DNA of 32,000 nt from Prochlorococcus marinus subsp. pastoris str. CCMP1986 (GCF_000011465.1 NC_005072.1:840001-872000); one strand, 5' to 3'; shown: positions 18,937-27,517, counted from the stretch's first letter. Notes: generated from the sequence alone by a model not told the origin. Made by a program: numbers and translations.

Positions 18937-20917
18937 TGTCCCATGGATCGTCATCCCTAGAGTTACCATACCTTGAATTTCTAGAATTACTATTCATTTG
19001 ATTGTCCCAAGGATCATCATCCCAATAATCATCTGAAAATAATTCATCTTTTAAAGAGCCAAAGGTATTTTTAATTCCTTGTAATGGATTACTATCAACT
19101 TTCTTCTCCGCAGCAAATCTTCTATTTAAACCAAAAAGGGCTTCTTGCAAAGAACTTACAGAAATTTCTAATTCTTGAGGATCATCATCATCTATAAATT
19201 CTTCAACATCTTGAATTGCAAGCTCTACCGCCCTCTGTTGTCGCTCTGCTCCATATGGTCCAAATTCTAAGGAAGCGTCTCTTAATCTTCTCTCTGCTTG
19301 AGCAATTAGTGTAAGTGCATTATTTTTTCTATCAATTACTGATCTTTTTATCCTGTCTTCTGTTGATTTTGACTTTGCCTCAGCGATCATCATATTAATT
19401 TCTTGTTCATTTAAATTCGAACCTCCGGAAATACTTACTGTTTGTTTTCTACCTGTAGTTCTATCAGTTGCACTGACTTCTAACAATCCATTTGCGTCAA
19501 TATCGAAAGCTACTTGTACTTGGGGAATCCCTCTAGGTGCGGGAGGTATACCTGACAATCTGAATTTTCCTAACGATTTGTTTTCTGAAGCCAGTGGCCT
19601 CTCGCCTTGTCTAACTTGCACAACTACTGATGATTGATTAGATTCCGAAGTACTAAAAACATCTGATTGCCTTACTGGTATAGGGGTATTACGTGGAATA
19701 AGAACCTTCATAAGTCCTCCAATAGTCTCTAATCCTAGGGACAAAGGAGTTACATCATTTAAAAGTAAATCACGTAAATCTCCACTAATTATTCCAGATT
19801 GTATTGCAGCACCAATTGCAACAACTTCATCAGGGTTTACAGATTGACATGGCTCATTAGGAACAAGAGTTTTAACTAATTGTTGTACCATTGGTATACG
19901 AGTACTTCCACCAACAAGGACGACTTCATCAATTTGTTCAGCATCCCAACCAGAATCTTCTAAAGCAATTTGAACAGGTTCAAGCAATCTATCGAGAAGA
20001 TCATCAGATAACGATTCAAATAATTTCCTATCGAATTCCTCTTCAATATGTAATGGTCCATCATCACTTGTAGTAATAAAAGGTAAAGAAATTTTAGTTT
20101 TTTGTAGTCCTGACAATTCACATTTAGCCTTCTCAGCAGCTTCTGTAAGTCTTTGAAGAGCTTGCCTATCTCGTCTTAAATCAATCTTATGTTTCTCAAG
20201 AAATCGTTCAGCAATCCAATCTACTATTTTGGAATCAAAATTATTACCTCCGAGTTGAGTATCTCCACAGGTCGCTTTTACATCAAAAACACCATTAGAT
20301 ATCCTTAACAATGAAACATCAAAAGTCCCTCCACCTAAATCAAAAACTAGTACGTTATTAGAAGAGCTTTTTTCAAAACCATAGGCTAATGCTGCTGCTG
20401 TTGGTTCATTTAAAATTCTATCAACCTTTATCCCCGCTAACACGGCAGAATCCTTTGTAGCTTGCCTCTGAGACTCATTAAAATAGGCAGGTACAGTAAT
20501 TACGGCAGAATCAATCGTGTCTCCTAAATAAGTTTCTGCATCATTAATTAATTTTCTTATTATCGAACTTATTAACTCTTCAGGGGCATACTCACGCTCT
20601 GTAAATGGACTTAGTATTCTAACACTACCTTTATCATTAGATTTTACATTATACGGAACAGAAATACTTGTTTCATCAAGTTCATCCCAATCTCGTCCAA
20701 TGAATCTTTTTAAGTTATAAAATGTATTTTTAGGATTTAAAACAAGTTGCCTTCGAGCCTGATCACCAATAACAATTTCGGAGTTTTTAGTGAATCCAAC
20801 TATTGAAGGGGTTGTTCTTGTACCCTCTGAATTTGCAATTACAACGGGGCGGCCAGCTTCTATAACTCCTACAACGGAGTTAGTAGTACCTAAATCAATC
20901 CCAACTATTTGCCCCAT
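18920..20917 (-). CDS. dnaK: Hsp70 chaperone DnaK (one of the cyanobacterial DnaK paralogues)
   Basis: 665 aa. VGIDLGTTNSVV, VFDLGGGTFDVSLL, VVLVGGSTRIPMVQQLV. C-terminal tail SDDYWDDDPWDNQMNSNSRNSRYGNSRDDDPWDNDYFL instead of a standard EEVD-like or GGxxP tail. Confidence 0.96.
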   Translation of the reverse strand: MGQIVGIDLGTTNSVVGVIEAGRPVVIANSEGTRTTPSIVGFTKNSEIVIGDQARRQLVLNPKNTFYNLKRFIGRDWDELDETSISVPYNVKSNDKGSVRILSPFTEREYAPEELISSIIRKLINDAETYLGDTIDSAVITVPAYFNESQRQATKDSAVLAGIKVDRILNEPTAAALAYGFEKSSSNNVLVFDLGGGTFDVSLLRISNGVFDVKATCGDTQLGGNNFDSKIVDWIAERFLEKHKIDLRRDRQALQRLTEAAEKAKCELSGLQKTKISLPFITTSDDGPLHIEEEFDRKLFESLSDDLLDRLLEPVQIALEDSGWDAEQIDEVVLVGGSTRIPMVQQLVKTLVPNEPCQSVNPDEVVAIGAAIQSGIISGDLRDLLLNDVTPLSLGLETIGGLMKVLIPRNTPIPVRQSDVFSTSESNQSSVVVQVRQGERPLASENKSLGKFRLSGIPPAPRGIPQVQVAFDIDANGLLEVSATDRTTGRKQTVSISGGSNLNEQEINMMIAEAKSKSTEDRIKRSVIDRKNNALTLIAQAERRLRDASLEFGPYGAERQQRAVELAIQDVEEFIDDDDPQELEISVSSLQEALFGLNRRFAAEKKVDSNPLQGIKNTFGSLKDELFSDDYWDDDPWDNQMNSNSRNSRYGNSRDDDPWDNDYFL

Positions 20918-21143
20918 AGTATTACTTGATTAATTAAAAGTTATCCTTAACTAATAATTTAATCAATTTAAATTCTCTGTTATCTACATATAATAATAAA
21001 AATCTATTAATTTCAACTTTATTTAAATAAATAAATTCATTTACTTATTTTTTTTCTACTTTTAAAAAATACATATAATTTATAAAGTATTGATTAGTTA
21101 AAATTCTAATTGTTATTTTATATCTCTATCAATTAAAATGAAA

Positions 21144-21230
21144 CGGAGAGAGAGGGATTCGAACCCTCGATAAAGTTGCCCCTATACAGCATTTCCAGTG
21201 CTGCGCCTTCAACCACTCGGCCACCTCTCC
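21144..21230 (-). tRNA. tRNA-Ser (anticodon GGA)
   Basis: The minus strand reads GGAGAGGTGGCCGAGTGGTTGAAGGCG CAGCA CTGGAAA TGCTG TATAGGGGCAACTTTATC GAGGGTTCGAATCCCTC TCTCTCC G. It has a complementary acceptor stem (one G-U), a GGA anticodon loop, a long class II variable arm and a canonical GGTTCGAATCC T-loop. CCA is not encoded. Confidence 0.97.
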
Positions 21231-21280
21231 TTAAGATTTATATTTTAGCCTTTTAATATCCCATTATTGAGGAAAGTTAC

Positions 21281-21655
21281 TTGAAAAAGACTTTTAAAGT
21301 CACTATTACGAATAAAGAAACTGGTAAAATTTATCAGGAAAATATTAGTGATCAAGAATATATACTAAAAGAGTTTGAAAAAAAAGGTTTAAGACTTCCA
21401 TTTTCCTGTAGGAATGGATGTTGTACAAGTTGTGCGGTAAAAATCATTTCGGGTAAGCTTGATCAACCAGAAGCAATGGGAGTATCTCAAGATTTAAAAG
21501 ATAAGGGTTATGCTCTTCTTTGTGTTGCGAAAGTAATAGAAGATATTGAAGTCGAGACTACCTATTATGATGAGGTTTATGATTTACAATTTGGCCAATA
21601 TTTTGGTAAAGGAAAAACGAGAAAAGCTCCTCCCTGGGAATTTGAGGAAGATTAA
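21281..21655 (+). CDS. 2Fe-2S ferredoxin with C-terminal extension (FdC2-like)
   Basis: LPFSCRNGCCTSCAVKIISGKLDQPEAMGVSQDLKDKGYALLCVAKVIEDIEVETTYYDEVYDLQFGQYFGKG carries the four cluster Cys (CxxxxCxxC...C). The EVYDLQFGQYF extension matches what I recall of FdC2-type plastid/cyanobacterial ferredoxins. Confidence 0.9.
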   Translation: MKKTFKVTITNKETGKIYQENISDQEYILKEFEKKGLRLPFSCRNGCCTSCAVKIISGKLDQPEAMGVSQDLKDKGYALLCVAKVIEDIEVETTYYDEVYDLQFGQYFGKGKTRKAPPWEFEED

Positions 21656-21660
21656 TTATT

Positions 21661-22509
21661 ATGCTTGAAATTCAAGAATTTGAAGAAATCAATTCAGAAA
21701 ATGATTTAATTTTTCTTACTAATATAGCTAAAGAGAGTGCTCTTATAGGTAATGAAATTCTAATTAAAAATTATAATAAAATTCAAACAATCACTTCAAA
21801 GGGGAGAAAAGGTGATTTAGTTACCAACGTAGATTTAGAAGTAGAAGAGAAAATTAAGGAGTACTTAACAATTAAAACTCCCGAAATTTCTATTCATGCG
21901 GAAGAATCAGGAAAATTAATAAAGACTTCTCAATTAACTTGGTGTATTGATCCATTAGATGGAACAACTAACTATTCTCACGGTTATCCATTCTTTGGAA
22001 CTTCAATAGGTCTCTTATATAAAAATAATCCTATCTTAGGTGCTATATCAGTACCATATTTAAACGAACTTTATTCTGCATGCATAGGGAAAGGTTCATA
22101 TTGCAACGATAAAAAACTGATGGTATCAAATGCTAATTCTCTTATCGATAGTCTTCTCGTAACAGGTTTTGCATATGATAGGTTTGATACTGAAGATAAT
22201 AATTATGCAGAATTTTGTTACTTAACACATAAAACTAGAGGAGTAAGGAGAGGAGGTGCAGCGGCTGTTGATTTAGCATTTGTTGCCTCAGGGAAAGTAG
22301 ATGGATATTGGGAAAGAGGTCTAGAAATATGGGATTTAGCTGCTGGTGCTATTATTGTTAAAGAAGCCGGTGGTTCCGTATCTGATTACCCTAACGGTGA
22401 ATTTAATCTTAGCTCTGGAAGAATATTGGCTTGCAGTCCAAGACTTGAAGAAGAGCTAAAAATGGAATTAAGCAAAGTCACTCCTCTTAATAAACAACTT
22501 TACACTTAA
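21661..22509 (+). CDS. Inositol monophosphatase / SuhB-family phosphatase
   Basis: SIHAEESG, WCIDPLDGTTNYSHGYPFFGTSIGL and GLEIWDLAAGAIIVKEAGG match IMPase metal-binding motifs. Confidence 0.92.
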   Translation: MLEIQEFEEINSENDLIFLTNIAKESALIGNEILIKNYNKIQTITSKGRKGDLVTNVDLEVEEKIKEYLTIKTPEISIHAEESGKLIKTSQLTWCIDPLDGTTNYSHGYPFFGTSIGLLYKNNPILGAISVPYLNELYSACIGKGSYCNDKKLMVSNANSLIDSLLVTGFAYDRFDTEDNNYAEFCYLTHKTRGVRRGGAAAVDLAFVASGKVDGYWERGLEIWDLAAGAIIVKEAGGSVSDYPNGEFNLSSGRILACSPRLEEELKMELSKVTPLNKQLYT

Positions 22510-22530
22510 GAATGAAATTATCGTTTTAAA

Positions 22531-23682
22531 ATGAGTGATATTAAAGAATTTAATTTAATAGATGTAAGGAATAATTCCTCAATTGTTAATGATTTAAATA
22601 ATGTATATAAGTTGTGGGGTTATGAAGAAATTTCACCTTCATTTATTAATAATCTTGAGACAATCAAAGGTAGAGAAGTAATTGATGGGGATGAACTTAT
22701 TGGAATAGTAAGTAATAGTTCATTATGTTTAAGACCAGAAATGACAACATCAATTGTTAAATTAACATCCACAAGATTATTAAATAAGAAGAGACCAATA
22801 AGACTTTTTAATAGTGGTATTGTATTTAATAAAAAACAAAGTTATAAAAATACTTATAAATTTCAAGAAAATTTACAAAGCGGGATAGAACTAATTAGTT
22901 ATGACACTCAATACCCTGAGATTGAGGTGATTAATATATTATTTGATGCAATTGATAATATCAATTTAATTGATAGTTGTAATCTAACACTTCTTGTTAG
23001 TACAACAAAAATAATGGATTTAATATTATTCAATTATAAAAATAATAATTATGAGGAGATTAAAAAATGCATGGTAAATTTAGATCATGAATCACTGGAT
23101 AAATTAAATATTGACAACAATGATAAAGCAATATTGAAGGAATTATTATTTACCAGAGGGGAACCTGCAATCATACTTAAAAAGCTTAAAAATATTTATG
23201 GTAATAATAATGTGATTGAGGAACTTGACTGTTTATTTAATACTTTATCAAAAATTTCAAAAAAATATAATATAAAAATACAACTTGATCCTACTTATCA
23301 ACCTCATCTTAATTTATATGCAGGTATAGTTTTTCAACTTATTTGCGATAATAAAAATGTTAAAACCATAATTGCAAAAGGTGGTAGATATGACGAATTA
23401 GTAAGATATTTTAATCCTAATGAAAAAATAATTAATGGAATTGGATTCACAATTTCTATAGATAATTTAAGAGAATTGATAGTTGAAAAATCTCAAACTA
23501 AAAAGAAAGTGTTGCTGTTATTTAAAAATTCTTATTTATTAGATAAAGGTATAAATGAGCAAAAAGCATTACAAAAAAAAGGGATAATTACAATACTATA
23601 TTTGAATCCATGTAATGATAATTCTAAAGCCAACATTCTTATGAAAGAACATAATTGTACTGAAATTCAATGGATTAAATAA
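22531..23682 (+). CDS. hisZ: ATP phosphoribosyltransferase regulatory subunit (HisZ, HisRS paralogue)
   Basis: 383 aa. HisRS-like fold features (LWGYEEISPSFINN, LRPEMTTSIVKLTSTRL, AKGGRYDELVRYFNP) without a HisRS anticodon-binding domain, and divergent at catalytic motif positions. Confidence 0.8.
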   Translation: MSDIKEFNLIDVRNNSSIVNDLNNVYKLWGYEEISPSFINNLETIKGREVIDGDELIGIVSNSSLCLRPEMTTSIVKLTSTRLLNKKRPIRLFNSGIVFNKKQSYKNTYKFQENLQSGIELISYDTQYPEIEVINILFDAIDNINLIDSCNLTLLVSTTKIMDLILFNYKNNNYEEIKKCMVNLDHESLDKLNIDNNDKAILKELLFTRGEPAIILKKLKNIYGNNNVIEELDCLFNTLSKISKKYNIKIQLDPTYQPHLNLYAGIVFQLICDNKNVKTIIAKGGRYDELVRYFNPNEKIINGIGFTISIDNLRELIVEKSQTKKKVLLLFKNSYLLDKGINEQKALQKKGIITILYLNPCNDNSKANILMKEHNCTEIQWIK

Positions 23683-23831
23683 TTTTTCGCTTTGAGATTT
23701 ATAAAAAAAAATGAAATTTGAATAAGCAACGACAATATAAATTTTTAGTACGGACAATACTCCTAATTAAACTTGATTAACCTTAAAATAGGAAATAAAA
23801 TCTAATAGTTCAAAAAAAAAAAGAAATTAAA

Positions 23832-25736
23832 ATGGAAAAAGGTGAAATTAGAATAAATACCGAAAATATTTTTCCAATAATAAAAAAAGCTGTATATTCT
23901 GATCACGAAATTTTTTTAAGAGAACTCGTTAGTAATGCTGTAGATGCAATTAGTAAAAGAAGAATGGCCTCAATGGCTGGAGATTGTGAAAATTGTGATG
24001 AACCTCAAGTAAAAATTACTATTGATAGGGAAAAAAATATCTTAAAAATTTCTGATAATGGTATTGGAATGAATGATGAAGAAATAAAAAAATATATAAA
24101 CCAAGTTGCTTTTTCTAGTGCTGAAGAGTTTCTAACGAAATATAAAAAAGATAATGACGAATTTATAGGACATTTTGGATTGGGTTTTTATTCTAGTTTT
24201 ATGGTCGCAGATAAAGTCAATATTTTAACTAAATCAGCCATAGGTAATAGTAAAACTTTTAATTGGTCATGTGATGGCTCACCTAACTTCACATTAGAAG
24301 AATCTGAAAGAGATTCAGTCGGAACAGATGTAATCCTTCATTTAATGGATGAAGAAAAAGAATTTATAGAACCAGAGAGAATTAAATCGCTTATTAAAAA
24401 ATATTGTGACTTTATGCCTATAGATGTTCTATTAGAGGGTGAAACAATTAATAAGAAAAATCCTCCATGGAGAAAACAACCTAGTGAACTAAAGGATGAG
24501 GATTATATTGAACTATATAAATATTTATATCCTTTTCAAGGAGATCCTCTTTTATGGATTCATTTAAACACAGATTATCCATACGACATACAAGGTATTT
24601 TGTATTTCCCTAAATTATCTGGAAGAGCCGATTGGGAAAAAGGCGAAATTAAACTATTTTGCAACCAAGTATTTGTAAGTGACTCAATAAAGGAAATTGT
24701 ACCTAAATATCTATTACCCTTGAGAGGTGTAATTGACTCTACAGATATACCATTAAATGTAAGTAGAAGTGCATTGCAAACTGATAGAAAAGTCAGATCT
24801 ATTTCATCATTCATTTCAAAAAAGATTGCTAATAAGTTAAAAGACTTAATAAAAAATTCGCCTGAATTTTATACGGAAATTTGGGATTCAATTTCTGCCT
24901 TTATTAAGATTGGAGCCATCGAGGACGAAAAGTTTGCTGATCTTGTAGAAAATAGTATTATTTTTGAGACAATTATAAATTCTGATAAAGACGTAAAAAA
25001 ATATCTCGATGATAAATCTCTTATTAAATCTAAAGAAAAGTTTTACACAACATTATCAAATTATAAGGAGAGAAATAACATAGTCGATTCCAAAAAAATT
25101 ATTTATTGTTCTGATGTAATTGGGCAATCTAGTGCTTTAAAAATTTGTTTATCCGACAACAAAGAAGTAATCAAATCTGATCCTTTAATAGATGCACAAT
25201 TTCTTCCATGGATAGAAAATAAAAATGAAAATTATCAATTTCAAAGAGTTGATTCTGAAATAAATGAGCTTGAAGATAAAGATTCAAAAGAAATAGTTGA
25301 TAAAGATGGCAAATCAAACACAGATAATTTAAAGGATATTATTTCTAAAGCATTAAATAACGATAAAGTTACAGTAAAAGTTCAATCTCTTAATAGTAAA
25401 GAGGCTCCTCCAGCAATGATATTGTTACCTGAACAAATGAGAAGAATTAACGATATGGGGGCATATATGGAACAAAAAATGCCAGGATTACCTGAATATC
25501 ACGTCTTATTAATTAATAAAGAACATCCACTCATTGCAGGATTAAATAAAATAACTGGTAATAAAATTATTCTTGATAAAAAAGACCCAGTTGAAAATCC
25601 ATTAGCATCAAAAATTGCTAATCATGTTTATGACATGGCGAAATTAAGTGTAGGAGGATTAGATCAAGAACAAATTATAAATTTGCAAAATAATAATGCT
25701 GATTTAATTTCAGATTTACTTAAAACATCAAAATAA
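23832..25736 (+). CDS. htpG: Hsp90-family chaperone HtpG
   Basis: 634 aa. ILRELVSNAVDAISKRR-like (FLRELVSNAVDAISKRR), LKISDNGIGMNDEEI, FIGHFGLGFYSSFMVADKV, GVIDSTDIPLNVSRSALQTD. Confidence 0.96.
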   Translation: MEKGEIRINTENIFPIIKKAVYSDHEIFLRELVSNAVDAISKRRMASMAGDCENCDEPQVKITIDREKNILKISDNGIGMNDEEIKKYINQVAFSSAEEFLTKYKKDNDEFIGHFGLGFYSSFMVADKVNILTKSAIGNSKTFNWSCDGSPNFTLEESERDSVGTDVILHLMDEEKEFIEPERIKSLIKKYCDFMPIDVLLEGETINKKNPPWRKQPSELKDEDYIELYKYLYPFQGDPLLWIHLNTDYPYDIQGILYFPKLSGRADWEKGEIKLFCNQVFVSDSIKEIVPKYLLPLRGVIDSTDIPLNVSRSALQTDRKVRSISSFISKKIANKLKDLIKNSPEFYTEIWDSISAFIKIGAIEDEKFADLVENSIIFETIINSDKDVKKYLDDKSLIKSKEKFYTTLSNYKERNNIVDSKKIIYCSDVIGQSSALKICLSDNKEVIKSDPLIDAQFLPWIENKNENYQFQRVDSEINELEDKDSKEIVDKDGKSNTDNLKDIISKALNNDKVTVKVQSLNSKEAPPAMILLPEQMRRINDMGAYMEQKMPGLPEYHVLLINKEHPLIAGLNKITGNKIILDKKDPVENPLASKIANHVYDMAKLSVGGLDQEQIINLQNNNADLISDLLKTSK

Positions 25737-25775
25737 GTATTGTGTTAAAATTAATAAATATATTCTCCAAATAAT

Positions 25776-26012
25776 ATGTCTAGGGTTTGTGAACTGACAG
25801 GTGCAAAAGCTAATAATGGAATGGCTGTTAGTCATTCGCATATACGTACTAAGAAATTACAACAAGTAAATCTTCAAAAAAGGAGACTTTGGTGGCAAGA
25901 AGGTAAAAAGTGGGTAAACATAAAAATTAGTACTAAGGCATTAAAATCAATACAAAAGGTTGGTTTAGATAAGGTTGCCAAAACAAATGGAGTGGATCTC
26001 AATAAGTTCTGA
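25776..26012 (+). CDS. rpmB: 50S ribosomal protein L28
   Basis: 78 aa. [40 protein letters not shown]. Confidence 0.97.
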
Positions 26013-26017
26013 TTTTG

Positions 26018-26551
26018 ATGAAGAGTTTGTTTGGCCTTTTTGTAATATTAATATCGTTAATTTTTAATCTTAAATCTGCAATTGCTTTTGATTATGCTCC
26101 TGAGATAGGAGATTCAGCTCCTAGTTTCCATTTAGAGGGAATAAACAAAAGTATTAAATCAAAAAAAATATGGGATTCGAATGAATTAATAGGTAAATGG
26201 ATAGTTTTATATTTTTATCCTAAGGATTTTACCGCTGGTTGTACTCTAGAAGCTAAAGGATTTTCTCAATTAAAAAACGACTTTTCTAAATATAATGCTG
26301 AAATAATAGGAATAAGTGCTGACAATCAAGATTCACACGACAGTTTTTGCAGTGAAAAATCAATAAATTACACATTATTATCCGACCCCAATGGTACTAT
26401 TAGTGCAAAATATGGTTCCTGGATTCCTCCTTATTCCGATAGGAATACTTTTTTGATTTCACCAGAGGGAAAAATAACATACAGATGGATAAGTGTTTTA
26501 CCAATCAATCATGCAAAAGAAGTACTTAATATATTAAAGAAAAATATATAA
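26018..26551 (+). CDS. Exported peroxiredoxin of the Bcp/PrxQ type
   Basis: Signal peptide (MKSLFGLFVILISLIFNLKSAIA|FDY), then IGDSAPSFHLEG, VLYFYPKDFTAGCTLEAKGF and GISADNQDSHDSFC. The ORF track starts one codon early at a TTG; the ATG is at 26018. Confidence 0.9.
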   Translation: MKSLFGLFVILISLIFNLKSAIAFDYAPEIGDSAPSFHLEGINKSIKSKKIWDSNELIGKWIVLYFYPKDFTAGCTLEAKGFSQLKNDFSKYNAEIIGISADNQDSHDSFCSEKSINYTLLSDPNGTISAKYGSWIPPYSDRNTFLISPEGKITYRWISVLPINHAKEVLNILKKNI

Positions 26552-26556
26552 ATATT

Positions 26557-26859
26557 TTGCACGAACTTTCATTTGGTACTTGGTTAATTCATATCAGCTC
26601 AGTAATAGAATGGATTTATGCAATTTTTATAATAAACAAAATAAGTAGCTATAAAAAACTAGAGCTTTATTACTGGTTAAGTCTCGCGATGATACCTAAT
26701 TTAATTGGAGCTATGTGTGCAATTACTTGGCATATTTTTGATAATCAACCTGAATTATATGGCTTAGTTACCCTTCAAGGGATTTTCACCTTTATAGGGA
26801 ACTCAACATTAGCTATCGCTACTATTGCAATTTATAAAAGAACAGAATCCTATGAATGA
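26557..26859 (+). CDS. DUF2499-type small integral membrane protein
   Basis: LSFGTWLIHISSVIEWIYAIFIIN...MIPNLIGAMCAITWHIFDN...LVTLQGIFTFIGNSTLAIATI. Three hydrophobic segments. Predicted TTG start. Confidence 0.75.
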   Translation: MHELSFGTWLIHISSVIEWIYAIFIINKISSYKKLELYYWLSLAMIPNLIGAMCAITWHIFDNQPELYGLVTLQGIFTFIGNSTLAIATIAIYKRTESYE

Positions 26860-27187
26860 TTTTTTTTTAAGATTTCTAAATTACTTATCAAGATTTGATA
26901 ATACAGCCTTATTTGCAGCATCTATAATTCCATATTCGATTTTCTTATATTATTTATACAAGATAAAGTCATTAAATAAATTAATCAAAGTTGGTTTTTC
27001 TTTAACTGTATTATTTGTATTTATAACCATAGTAATTTCGATATATTCTCTTACTTACTATCAAAGAACTCTTGTTGAAGTTGACTTACTTCATGGTTCA
27101 GCAGAATTTTTCTTAACTTTAAGCGATTTTGTTATTTTACTTGGCTTTATAAAGATGTTAAATCGTCTAGAAGTAAATAACTCTTAA
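26852..27187 (+). CDS. DUF3593-type small integral membrane protein
   Basis: Multiple hydrophobic segments, with LFAASIIPYSIFLYYLYK and TLVEVDLLHGSAEFFLTLSDFVILLGFI. The ORF track starts at 26825, but the ATG at 26852 (MNDFFLRFLNYLSR) is more plausible and overlaps the DUF2499 stop by 8 nt. Confidence 0.75.
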   Translation: MNDFFLRFLNYLSRFDNTALFAASIIPYSIFLYYLYKIKSLNKLIKVGFSLTVLFVFITIVISIYSLTYYQRTLVEVDLLHGSAEFFLTLSDFVILLGFIKMLNRLEVNNS

Positions 27188-27251
27188 GACCTTTTACAAT
27201 TATGTGATTTATTGCTCGAAATAAAGGAGAATATAGAAAATAACATTTTTT

Positions 27252-27515
27252 ATGCTTACTACATTATTTGCAGCAGCGGCTGCTCCCGCAACATTTGAAT
27301 GGTCACCAAAATGTGCCATCGTAATGATTGCATGTAATGTTTTTGCTTATGCAATTGCAAGAGCCACAATAAGAAAACCTAATGAAGGTTTTGAAATTCC
27401 TAATTCACAATTCTTTGGTGGTTTAAGTCATGCTTCTGTCGTAGGAGCTAATTGCCTAGGACATATCTTCGGAATAGGGGCAATACTAGGATTAGCTTCT
27501 AGAGGTGTATTGTAA
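27252..27515 (+). CDS. psaK: Photosystem I reaction centre subunit PsaK
   Basis: 87 aa. APATFEWSPKCAIVMIACNVFAYAIARATI...FFGGLSHASVVGANCLGHIFGIGAILGLASRGVL, two-helix PsaK pattern. Confidence 0.93.
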   Translation: MLTTLFAAAAAPATFEWSPKCAIVMIACNVFAYAIARATIRKPNEGFEIPNSQFFGGLSHASVVGANCLGHIFGIGAILGLASRGVL

Positions 27516-27517
27516 AA

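Noticed and set aside
19891-20073. ORF 19891..20073 (+), Gln/His-rich, opposite dnaK
   Set aside because: It looks low-complexity and arises from reverse reading of dnaK codons; there is no support for translation.
24575-24814. ORF 24575..24814 (-) opposite htpG
   Set aside because: Antisense shadow ORF.
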